Shown here in pieces: positions 48,301 to 60,300 of a stretch of 64,000 nt of DNA. Source of the stretch: Amoebophrya sp. A120 (taxonomy: Eukaryota; Protista; Dinoflagellata); NCBI GenBank assembly GCA_905178155.1, contig CAJINV010000010.1:2472466-2536465 (forward strand), given 5' to 3'. Position numbers and translations under genes: made by a program. The notes beneath the pieces were generated by a model. It did not search any database and was not told the origin of the DNA. It saw only the letters and a program-made list of their open reading frames with translations. The first letter of the stretch is position 1; each line of letters opens with the position of its first letter.

Positions 48301-51300
48301 ATGTTTCTCATGCGGAGCCCCATGAGAAGCATTGTCTAGTCGTGTTTTGGAATTTGTCATGCCAGAATCAGCACGATATACTAGCTCTGTGATGCTGCTG
48401 AACTAGTACCTCAAACAGCACTACACTACGAGTCCAAATTTGTCATGCAAAACAGACAAAACTTGTGGACTTGTCTAGCCGATTCTCCATCTTGACTATG
48501 GTCGTGTGGGGACAGTTTTACTCAGGATATCGCAACGGAGGAAGTCACTTGGAAGCTGGTCCGGTATAGGAACAGCTCAACAGCGGTAGTAAATGATCCA
48601 GAGTTTTTATCCTCTACCCCGCCGCTGCCACCGCAGCAAAATTACACCAGTCGCGGTCGTCCAAGTGGTGCAGCTGGCCACGACTCGAGTACTTCTGTTG
48701 TAAGTTCCCTGGTAGTGACCTACACGCGGGGGCACCGACTGCATGTCGTGAAAGGGGACGCACGGAAAAAACAGTACGGCCGCGCAAATGCGACCTTGTA
48801 TATCTCGCTGGCGCTCGAGTTTCTGCTCCTTCCTGAGGACACGGCTATCAAATGTAAAAATGTCTGGGTCTGGAAACTTGTGATGCATGTCAGTGAACAG
48901 AAAGCGCCTTGTAATGCACCGCCAAGCATGACAGATTTTCTCGTGGCTCTCTGTTGCGTATTCCGCATGAGAAGCATCGTTTTTGCATGACAGACAAGAG
49001 GAGGTCTTCCGATGGCCCTACGCAATACAGAATTCACAGTCATGCCAAACTAGCATGAGAAATCTCGAAATCTTCCAGACCCAGAATTTTTGCAATCCAT
49101 AACGACTAGGAGGGAGCGATCATCGGCCCTTTCGACCACTAGTACACCTACGGATAATTTGGACGCCAGCCTTAGCAGCACAACTGGAGGCCCTAGCAGC
49201 GGAGAAGTTGTAAGAGCCCCCTTGCCGTTAGAGATATGAGAGTGCTGCACAACTCCCCCTCGTCCTCCTCATTTGTCATGCAAAATACCAATGGATCCAA
49301 GGTTTGTTCTCCAGCACTGTTTGCATCACAAGCTCTGGCAAGGAATGCCCAAATAGAAGTACACTTTTGCGCGGCAAGTAATTTGTCATGCAAAACCTGC
49401 GTTCCTGCTCACGCTTGTATTGCTGCGTATGCCATATTACAAAAGAGGGGGACGAGGGGGAGTAGTTGTGCACTCTCATAAGAGAATAGCCGACTGTGGC
49501 TGGATCGGGTGTGGCTGGAGCGGCGTTTCGCGGACGTTGAGCGGGACAGGACGACAGAAGCATTATTTTGAGTAAAAACGTCCATACCCCAGAGGTGTCA
49601 TGCAAATCTGCGTGCCAAAAAAGTTTCTCATGCGGAGACCGCCCATGAGATGCATTCTCTAGTCGTGTTTTGGAATTTGTGATGCGATAATCGGCGTGAT
49701 GTGTTAGATCTGTGATGCTGCTGAGCTACCTAGTATGTAGTGAGGTCACCGAACGGTTCTAACCAGGGAGTTTTTTTGACAGCTCCCGTGAAAAACGACC
49801 GGCAGTTTTCAAGCGACCGGAAGTGTTTTTGCACATAAAAAACTTGCAATTATCAAGCGGCCGGGGCGTTTGCGGCAAAAAAGCCCGAGCGGATTCTATC
49901 GATTCGCACTGGATAAAACGACGCAGAGGAGCCGGCAAAAGGGGCGCCCTTCTGAGGCGCCCGCCGCCTTGGTTTCTGGCGATTTGGGGCGCCCAAAAAG
50001 GGGCGCGCAAAAAACGCGCCCAAAATCAGAACAGCGAAACAGCATGGCACGGCCGCGATTTCGGAGCATTTTGGGCGGCCGCGAAAGCGGCCGCCTTTTC
50101 GCCGGTTTTAGAGCCTGGGAAGCTTTGCAAAAAGCGCCGGCGTGAAAAATAAAAACGCGAAAAAGAAAAAGCGCCCCAGACGCGCAAAGCCAATCCGAAT
50201 GCTATGGGCCCGATTTTTCTTCGCTTTTTGGGCGCCCCCCGTGGCACCCGGATCGGCCCCATAGCATGGGGGCTGGCCTTCGGAAAGGAATTTCGGGAAT
50301 TTGCCAAAATTTGCGATGTTTATCAAGCGGCCGCCATACCGTGCGGCCTAACGTTACTCACGGCGGTATGGCGAGCCCAGAAAAAGCAAAGCCGCGGCCA
50401 AGGCGATGGCCGGCAAGAAAACGCCCACGACCTCACTACCTCCGCCCCGGCGGCTATATTTGGTAAAAAGGACTTCTACACTACGGGGACAGAGGACTTG
50501 TCATGCGAAACAACCACAGCTGGTTGATTTGTCGGCAGATTTCATCCCATCTTGACTCCGGTCGTGTGGGGACGTTTTTACTCAGGATAAGAAGAAGACA
50601 AAATTTTGACGCGCGTTTATCGAGAACAAAAATCCCCCCTCCCCATATCAAAACGGAAATCTGTGATGCAGATTTGTGGCCACAAATCAGCTTTGTGATG
50701 CTAGAAGGCAAAAGATGCGGACTGTAGTGCTACCTAGCATGGGAAAGTATTGCATCTCCAGCATGACACGAGGCAACTGGAAGTGGGAAACAGCATGACA
50801 AATTGCCTGCAATTCAGGCCACAACTGCGTCGCTTGGCCTTCTAGCAATACAAGTCGATTTGTGTACTCAAATACAGCATCACAAATTTCGTTTCCGATA
50901 TGGGGAGGGGGGATTTTTCTTCTTGATAGCGTTGTCCCGCCACCGTGGCGGGTGCTGTTCTTGCAGCCGCGAGCCCTTTCCGCACGGGACGACCATATCA
51001 ACTGCAAAAATGTCTGGGTCTGGAAGATTGGCAGATATGTCATGCTTGTCTGGCATGACCAAAAAGTTTGTGATGCGTGTCCAAGAAGAGACCCTTTTGC
51101 CTGTCATGCAAAAACGCAGCTTTTCATGCGAAAAACGGAACACAAAGAAGCGCAGATATTTCTCATGCTTGCCTGTGCATTTCAGAGCAACCACTATTTC
51201 CAACGCAACATTACAAGTTTCCAGACCCAGACACTTTTGCAGTTGATAGACCAGTTTCGGCAGCAAAATCTGGACCCCGATCGCAGCGCGGTGCTGGCCA

Positions 51301-54300
51301 AAAACTGGCCTCGCCGCTTTTGCCTGGGAGGCCGCCGGCCAGAGTGCCAGATTCGCAAGTATGCAGGGCGAGCCTATGACGTGGCGAGGAATCAGTTTCT
51401 GCTAGCGGGGGAGGGACGCGTGGTGGATATGACAACCGGGCAAACTCGTTGTATGCATTGCAAATATAATGTCTGGGTCTGGAAACTTGTGATGCAAATC
51501 TACGAATTGTGGGCGCGCCGCAATATGCAGCCCAGCTTGACAAGTTTTTGCGCTGCTGTGTGTTTCGTTTTTCGCATGAAAAACTGCGTTTTTGCATGAC
51601 AGGCAGGAGGCCCTTTTCCTGCTCACGCATCACAGATCTAAGACTCATGCCAGACAAGCATGACAAGCTTGCATTCTTCCAGACCCAGACATTTTTGCAG
51701 TTGATGCGTTACCGTCCAGAGCAATATGACGCTCGCCGAGATTATGGCCAGCGTGCCGCTCCTTCCACCGGCTACCGTCCAGAGCAATATGACGTTCGCC
51801 GGGATGGCCAGCGTGCCGCTCCTTCCACCGGCCACCTTCCATCCCCCGGAAGAACGGGGGCCACGGTGACAAGATTTAATTTTCTCCGAGATAACGAACG
51901 TGACACAGGTACTAGTACGAGCTCGGAGAGGTCGTGGACAACAACATCAACGACCACCGTAGTTTATGCACTGCAAAAGTATCTTCGTGCTCGTACTAAT
52001 TGCAAACATGCATGACAAATCGCCTTCCCGACCTGTAACAGCATTTTACAAATTTTATCTGTCATGCTAAAGGAAATTTGTAAATGCAATTACTATACTA
52101 GTGCGATGTTTTTGCACTTCATATGCTTCCGCCAGGAGGAGAAGACCCCGACGTTATCAAAGAGGAGAAGACCCCTGATTCCGATCAAGAGGAGAGGAGC
52201 TCCTCGCTATCAAAGTGAAAAAAGCCCCTCCCCATATTGAAACGGAGATTTCCACTGTTGCTGGATTTATTGTGTACACAAATGATCCGGGCTGTATTTT
52301 TGCAGCAAGCGCTTGCGGGCATTTCCTGAGCCTGATTAGGTATGCAAAGAGGGCTAGCACGCAGGCATGACAGACAGGTTTGCAGTAGGCAAAATTAGCG
52401 CATGTTGACAGCTTGGCGGTGGAATGCGCCACACGGGTCGTTCCATTTGCCTCATAAATACAAGACAAAGCTGATTTGCGGCCACAAAGCTGATTTGCGG
52501 CCACAAATCCGCCTCGAAAATCTCCATTGTGAGCATGGGGATGGGGGATTTTTTCTCACGATTTTGTCCTGTTGCGCCCTTTTGTCACGATGCCGGCATT
52601 CGACTCGGAGCGGTATTATGAAATGCAAAAATGTTTGCGAATCTGGAACAAAGCAAGTTGTCATGCTAAATCTGAATCATGTAAAAATCTGTGTTGCATG
52701 ATTACAACCAAAAGCTGATGTCCACTTTTGACCTAATCGAAAGGCAGTTTATTCTCATGCAGGATTATAGGCATGATATTTTTGATAGAACTCTCACAGA
52801 ATCTGTCATGCTCTACTGTCCTACATACCAGACCTCATGGGTGGTCATGTAAAATCTGCATGACAAGTCTGGCACTTCTCTTCCAGACCCAGACATTTTT
52901 GCATTTGATAGGTATGGGCCGTCCTCCTCGTCCTCCTCGTTTCCGCTCTGGCAATCGGGGGCGTGCTGGTTTGCCTCTACTGTAGGGCGTGCTGCTTTGC
53001 CACCACTGGTGAAAGAGCAGCGGGGCAGGAGCTGCGACCGGGGCTACAAGGAAGAAGTCCTGTTGGAAGTAGTTCCCCCGCTACTCGAGAAGACCTTCAC
53101 GGCGCAGGTGGAGCAGCTGCGCCCCCGGCTGCGGGCAGGATAGTCAATTCATCGGAGACCACTGCAGCGGCACCAGTAGGAGCAAAAAAGAAGGGCGCGG
53201 CCGTGGGAAAGGAAATTCTAGGACGTCGGGGGGTTGATGATGATGACCAGCGGCAGAAAAATATCCTGAGTAAAAACGTCCCCACCCCATAGTCAAGGTG
53301 GGGATTTCGCAACACAAACCTGGAAGTTTTGGGACTCACGCATCACAAATAGCAGTCCCTAGTGTAGTGCAGGTTAGCAAGGACACACGCATCACAAATC
53401 CATCTGCTTATCCTGCTTACAGCATTACAAATGCCAAAACACGACTAGAAACGCCTCTCATGGAGATACGCATTACAAATGTTCCTGCCATTGCAAATCT
53501 GCATCACAACTCTGGTGTGGGGACGTTTTTCCTCAGGATACAGAAAAAGGAGTACCGCCGGAAGGTGGCGGAGAGGATTTTCCGCACGCCGTATTACCGT
53601 GAAAAATGCCCCCACCCCCAAAGTTGCAATAATTTGTGATGCGAAGTTTCCAAATGAAAACTTTTTGTCATGCTCATGCATGAGAGGAATATGAATCTAA
53701 TCTTTGTGATGCAGAGCCTAGGCGTATATAGCATTGCTTGCATGATGAAAAGCCCCGCTCTTGCTCGGGTCTGTTGCAATACAAATTTTCGCTATTCACG
53801 ATTGGAAATCTGTGATGCTGCTAGATGCAAGAGGGCGAGTGTTTCTCTTGGAAAGGTTTGCAATACAAATGTTCTCAAGTTGGGGTTGGGGGCGTTTTTC
53901 ATTGTGATACGCCGGGCGAGCGCCAGCAGCGACAAGAGGAAAAGCGGGCGCAAACCATGCAGGCCGCCCTGCACCGAATAGCGCGTGAAAATTATCAGAA
54001 GGAAAAATCCCTCCTCTCCATGTCGAGACGAAGTTTCTGATGCTGGATCTCCGTACACAAATGCGCACTGTCTTTCAAGACGGCATCGCAGCCAGATCCT
54101 CAGCCTAGGCAGGGGCGTGTGGGTCTAGTTGCTTAGCATTGCAAACGGCTGTCCTCTAGGCCCAGCAGCATGCCAAATCGCTTCCATAATGGCGCGGAGG
54201 CCTCTGCGCTTGTCTTCTCGCAAGACAGACGTGATCTGTGGTCTCAAATCAGCAAGACAAATTTTTGGAAGCGTGCTTGTTCGATATGGGGAAGAGGGAT

Positions 54301-57300
54301 TGTTCCACTCAATAAAAGTCCGAACCTGATCCACCGCTTCAACAAGGAGCAGCGCCGAGTATGGAATGCAAATATGTCTGGGTCTGGAAGGTTGCAACTT
54401 GTGATGCTGTCTTTGGAAGGTAGAAAAAAATCTGTATTGCATGACCAGCAAGAGGAGTGCAGTTTGTGCTACGCGGAGTGGGCGTTTCTCATGCGGAATA
54501 CGCATCAGAAGACCCGTTAAAAAATCTGTGATGCTAGGTCATGCATTGCAGGCATCACGGGTTATGCAAAATATGCGTGACAATGACAAAACTGGCAATC
54601 TTCCAGACCCAGATACTTTTGCACTTGATACCGGGTGCACAAAAGCAACTATCCGGGGGGCGGCATGCATGTGCAAGCAGATGTGGAACGGGGGGCGGCG
54701 GCGGCCCAGACATCACCAGACACGACAGCGAAAAGGGTAGTAGGTGCGGCGCGACCGATATCCTGAGCAAAAATGTCCCCACACCAGAGTCAAGATGGTA
54801 AATCTGCTAGACAAATCAACCAGCTTTGGTTGTTTCGCATGACAATTTTTCCCTCGTAGTAGGGTGCTGTTTGAGGTAGTTCAGCAGCGTCACAGATCTA
54901 GTGCATCATGCTGATTGGAGCATAACAAACTCCAAGACACGACTAGAGAATGCTTCTTATGGGGCTCCGCATGCGAAACATTTCCAGCATGCGACTTTGC
55001 ATTACAGCTATGGGGACGTTTTTGAATACGATAACCGAGGAGCCCCGTACTGGACCGCGACCAGTGGCTATCCAAGAAAAAAACGTTGGTACTGTAAATT
55101 TGTAATGCGCAGCGTGCAAATTGATTGCGCCTGTCATGCTGAGCCTGCATAGTAGGGCCCATTCAAGGGCGTCTCGCGTAGTATCTGCGCATGACAGGTT
55201 TTGCTCTCATGCCACACAGATTTGTAATGCTGTTCCTCCAAAAAAGTTACACCTACAGTCTTTTCTTCTTGGATAGTGGCTACTGATGCAAGAAACTGAG
55301 GTATGCAGAGAAAAAAGCGTTACAGTTACACACATAGTCTATGCAGACCAAGCAACAGAGACACGGTCTGTCATGCGCAAAATGCTTTCGAGTCTCATTT
55401 CATACGTGGTTTCCCTTGTGCTCTCCTTCTCTGCATGGCAAGTTTTCTCTCTCCTGCAGAAAAAGTTTGTGTTGCTGAATCGACAACAAATGTGTACTTA
55501 ACTGTAACACTTTTTTCGTGCGATATGAGGCCGCGCCGCCCCGGTGGGGGACCCCGCTGAGAAATTATCGACCACACCACGCTGGTGTTCCTGTTGCGCC
55601 ACTATCAAATGCAAAAGTGTCTGGGTCTGGAAACTTGTGATGCTGGGTGGCGTCTCATGATGAGGCCACAAATGCTGGCTCAGCATGACAAGTTTCTGAG
55701 CTTCTAGGTGCTGCCTATTCTGCATGACAAACTGCGTTTCTGCATCACAGAAAAGCGGAGCTCTTGGGTAACGTGCATGCCAGATTTAAGAGTCACGCCA
55801 GACAAGCACGACAAACATGCATTCTTCCAGACCCAGACATTTTTGCACTTGATAGCCACACATGCAGCGCCATCAAATGCCGCTGCAGGGTCAACATCAA
55901 AGTCAGCTCCTGCGTACCCGCGGTGAGAATTTGGTCGTGGTGGATACGATATCAAGTGCGCCGGACGCGTTGGTGGTCGACGCGCTTGGTGGCGGGGGGG
56001 TATTAGATGGCATGTTGGAGAACAAGTACGAGCAGAACCCCAACTATGGAAGCGTCAGAATCGAAATCGTCAAAGTTGAAATAGTTTGTCATGCATAAAA
56101 TGCAACCCACAAAATGAAAATGCCTGTCTTGCAGAGTAGGCAAGGGAGGCAGATCGTAAGCCTGTTCTTGCGGGGTAGAAATAGAGTTGCTGAAGTAGCA
56201 TGACAAAAGGCATCTTCCTTAGTACCCAAACAGCATCACCAACTGGATTTCGGTTCTACCCAAATTTGTCATTCGCCACTTGAAATAAACTAGGCGCCAA
56301 CTCCTGGTATCCGTTTTATGCATGGCAAACTATTTCAACTTTGACGATTTCGATCCTGACACTCCCATACCAACCGGACATTTGTCGAGCTTGAGGACGG
56401 CACAATAACGGGCGCAGCGGACATATCCAGGAAAAAAAGTGTGTAAGTGTAACTTTCTTTGAGAAACAGCATCACAAATTTGCTCTACATGACAGAGAAA
56501 AGCTGTCATGCGTGGCTCTATGAAAAGAGGACTTCATGGCTGTCTGGCATGACAGGTGTAACTCTGTTGCATGTTCTGCAATACAAATTCACACTTACAC
56601 AGTTTTTTTCTTGCATAGGACAAGGATCTCCAGAACAAGGATCTCCAGGACTTCCTGCGCGACGAGATGGGGTTGGGGGTTGATGTCACCGTATCAAATG
56701 TAAAAGTCCCTGGATGTCTGGAAGAGTCATGCTGTTTTTGCATGACACAGAAGGTCGTCTAGCATGGAAGCTCTAGCATCACAGGGTTCGAGAAGCTTCC
56801 GCAATGCCGAACCCGCATGAGAAATCCCCCATTTATTTGGTGACAGAAAGTCGGCAGCTTTTGCTACGTATGCATGAGAGATTTTTCTGTGTTCTAAAAT
56901 GCGCATCACAAGTTCGGACACTTCCAGACATCCAGACACTTTTGCATTTCATACACCGTGGCGGGAAGAACGAACGAGATCATGAAGACCACGACGCACA
57001 AGAGTAGAAGTACAACTTCAACTTCATCTTCCAATCGGCGGCCGCTGCAGGAAACCGCCGCTGCAGGTTTGGGATTGGAAAGCAAAGATGACGCTTTTGG
57101 CGTTTCCATGGGACCCAAAGCGAAGGCGAATTTTTCAATACCTGTGGTATCCCATTTGAAAACGTTTGAACACGTCGTGTCAAACGACACCAGAGTTGTT
57201 TTCAGATTCAGTTCTTGTGCATCAGAGATCCAGAATTTATCAGACCACGACCCTCACGCATGACGATTTATCAATTTATTTCGAGCGAGCATTTGTAAAC

Positions 57301-60300
57301 TGCTAGTGCAAGAAGTGCAGGTTATTAACTGGGGAGGAGTACACCAGCCGCATTGTGCAAATCCATCTGCTTTTTAACCTTAGTATTATCCTGACTACAG
57401 CATAATTTACAAGTGACAAAACACGACTAGAAATATTGCCTCCTATGGGAACAATGCGGATATTTGTGTTTCTGTAGAAGCTAAAATAAAAATGAAAATC
57501 TGCATGGCAACAACTGTGAGGACTTCGCGAGAATGCGTGGGGTCTCCCTCCTTTGCCCGAAGAGGTTTGAGAAGTGAAAGCCGGCCGAGTTCTCACTCCC
57601 TTCCTCGAAGGAAGCTGTTCGGAAAGCGCAGTGAAAAATCGTCGAGCTTTCGTTCCGTTTCTCGAAGCTCTTCGGGAAAGGAAACGGAGCCTCAACGAGT
57701 TTCCCGAAAAACTATCGGGAACGAAATGGAATCTCGCTGACTTTTCACTTCGGGCGAAAACTCCGCGAGCTTTCCTTTCGCTTACCGAGGGGCTTCGGGC
57801 TCCCGAAGACCTTCGACGGTCTCAAGTGATAAGTCAGCGACTTTCAAATCAACCTTCCCGAAGATATGAAAGTCAGTGCCTGAAGCTCTTCGGGCTCCCA
57901 CGCACCTTCTTCGGGAGCTTTAGAAGCACCTTCTGTGATGTTCGGGAGCGCGAATAGAAATGGTCGGGGCTTTTCACTTTTTCCACACACAGACGGAGCG
58001 CGCAACGTCGCTGACTTTCACTCTGGCTGCCCCCGAAGGTAAAAAGCGGGCACCTCGAGACCCGCTCGCCCCACCACAGCTCGCGGGCGAAGTCATTCTT
58101 GCTGCCACCCCTCGAAAGCCTTCGAAAAAGCTCTCCGGCCTTCTAAAAAAAAGCCTCCGGTGCGGCGAAATGGTCCTTCAGCTATGAAAGTGCACAACTC
58201 CCCCTGCCCCTCATTTGCATGGCCATGGGATGAACAGCAATACAAACACCAGCACACGTGGAGCCTATGCATGACAAATTTATGCACCTCGTGTAGAAGT
58301 GCTTGTTGGGCTTCGAAAATTTGTCATGCAAACAGTGCCACAGAGATTTTGCATTGCAAATGAGAAGAGGGAGAGTTGTGCACTCTCATATCAACCCCGG
58401 AGACTTGACAAAAGTGGTGTTTTGTGATGTAGAGGAGGCTGCTGTTGTCGTAGCTGCCAGTGGCCTCGGCACGCTGGTCAAAATGTCTTCCCGCGTCACC
58501 AGTCGCGAAGACGGTGCTGCTCCGCCTTTATCAAATGCAAATATGTCTGGGTCTGGAAACTTGTGATGCTGGTTGAGAAAGACGAGGACGCCTCAATTGA
58601 CTTGCAAGCATGACAAGTTTTGGAGGTGCTACAGTCTTGGCTTTTCTGCATGACAAACTGAGCTTCTGCATGACAGGAAAGTGAAGATTTTGGGTAATGT
58701 GCATGACAGACTTGAGAGTCATGTCAGACAAGCATGACAAACCTCCATTCTTCCAGACCCAGACATTTTTGCAGTGCATAGCCTTGCTGATTATACAACT
58801 GTTGTGCCCCCGCCAGGGGTTGATGCGTTGTGCCAGCGCCGTTTGGCGTCGTCTGCAAGTGCGTTTGGTTCGCGACACTAAGCTGGGGCGACATCGATGA
58901 CAGGAGTGGTTGCTGTTGCTGCTGCTGCAATTGCGGTTGCATATTAATACTTCAAGTCGAGTGTGTGACGAGGATTTTGCTTCGAAGTCGAGTGTGTTGA
59001 CGCAGATCTATTCGATTCCGAATTTGCTTCGATGAGATAAGTATAAATAAAAGCCTACATGCTGATGAATTCAGCAGGACGAAAGTGATTGGGCTTACGT
59101 TCAGGCTCTTTCCTACCTCCTACGAGAATTAGGCGATCTTGTGAAGAGGTCGCGCTCGACGTGCTGTTGTGGTGCTGATTCTAAAAGAACTGGAGTGACA
59201 AAGAAAAATGGGAACAGAATGAGGTGTATAAGCTAAAAGAAAAATGAAAATCTGCATGGCAACAACTGTGGGGTCGTCGCTACTTTGCTCGACCACACCC
59301 GCCCGCCCTTGTCTCGGTCGCCTGGGTATGACAGGCGCGCAGATCCTAGCTGCCAGACATATGACGTTTCGCAACTGCTCGAACTCGCCAACGCATGCGC
59401 CGTCGTTGCGCGCCGTTGTTGTGGCGCCCTCGTGCGGCTCTGAATGCAGTTGGTATCGGTTTCACCTCAGCCCCTTGTGTGGTGTTGGCTGTGACTCCGC
59501 CTGCGGGGAAAATCAACACTCGCTCCTCGCGGACCTCCGCCTCCCTCACACGCGCGCATAACATCCGCGGCTCGCGGACCCCGCACATACGAGCGTGCGT
59601 GCAAAGGCTCGCACGAAATCGACGGCATGGGAGGCAGCCTGCTGCCGCAGCTGCTTGCCCATGATCTGCCCTGCGGGGGGGCTCGCGGCTGGCGCTGTCG
59701 CGTCCCCATGTGCATACTGCCTTGACGTGTCGCGGATACCAAGCGCAAATGCGGATAAAGAGGGCGGATAGCTGTAGCTAGCGCTTCGCCCATATCAGCC
59801 GCTTTATCGAGTCTCGTCGAGGGTGGAAATTAACTCGTAACCACCCACCCAAGCCGATGGCTTAACTCGCAAGCAACCAGATGGCGTTACGTTTCTGGGA
59901 GATCCGGGATCCGGGGACGAGCGGGGGGTGGGCGGGCGACGCGGACAGGCCAACCAGGCCAACTTCCCATCCACCCGGCCGGGTGGATGGGAAGTTGGCC
60001 TGCAACTTCTGGTGGGAGGTTTGTTACCCCACTCTATAAGCTAAAATAAGAATGAAAATCTGCATGGCAACAACTGTGGGGTCGTCGTGGGGACGTTTTT
60101 ACACAGGATGCGTGGGAGTGGGCGGCGCTGCTGCAGTGAGTACTTCTAAGAATGCCAAGAACGCTCCTAACCACGAGGGAGGTCCGCCGGCCGTTCGCGG
60201 GAGTAAGGAAGATACTAGCAGTGCTGGCGCCTCTTCTTCTTCGGCTTTTCCAGGGTTGAGTTCATACTCACAGCAGCAGAAATTCGATTCTGCCGAAGTA

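Noticed and set aside
51710-51833. ~60-bp tandem duplication
   Set aside because: It is an ordinary in-frame coding repeat (YRPEQYD.RRD.GQRAAPSTG twice).
56958-57263. End of the large gene at TGA 57261-57263
   Set aside because: That stop lies inside degenerate introner 57148-60110, and the frame resumes at 60116.
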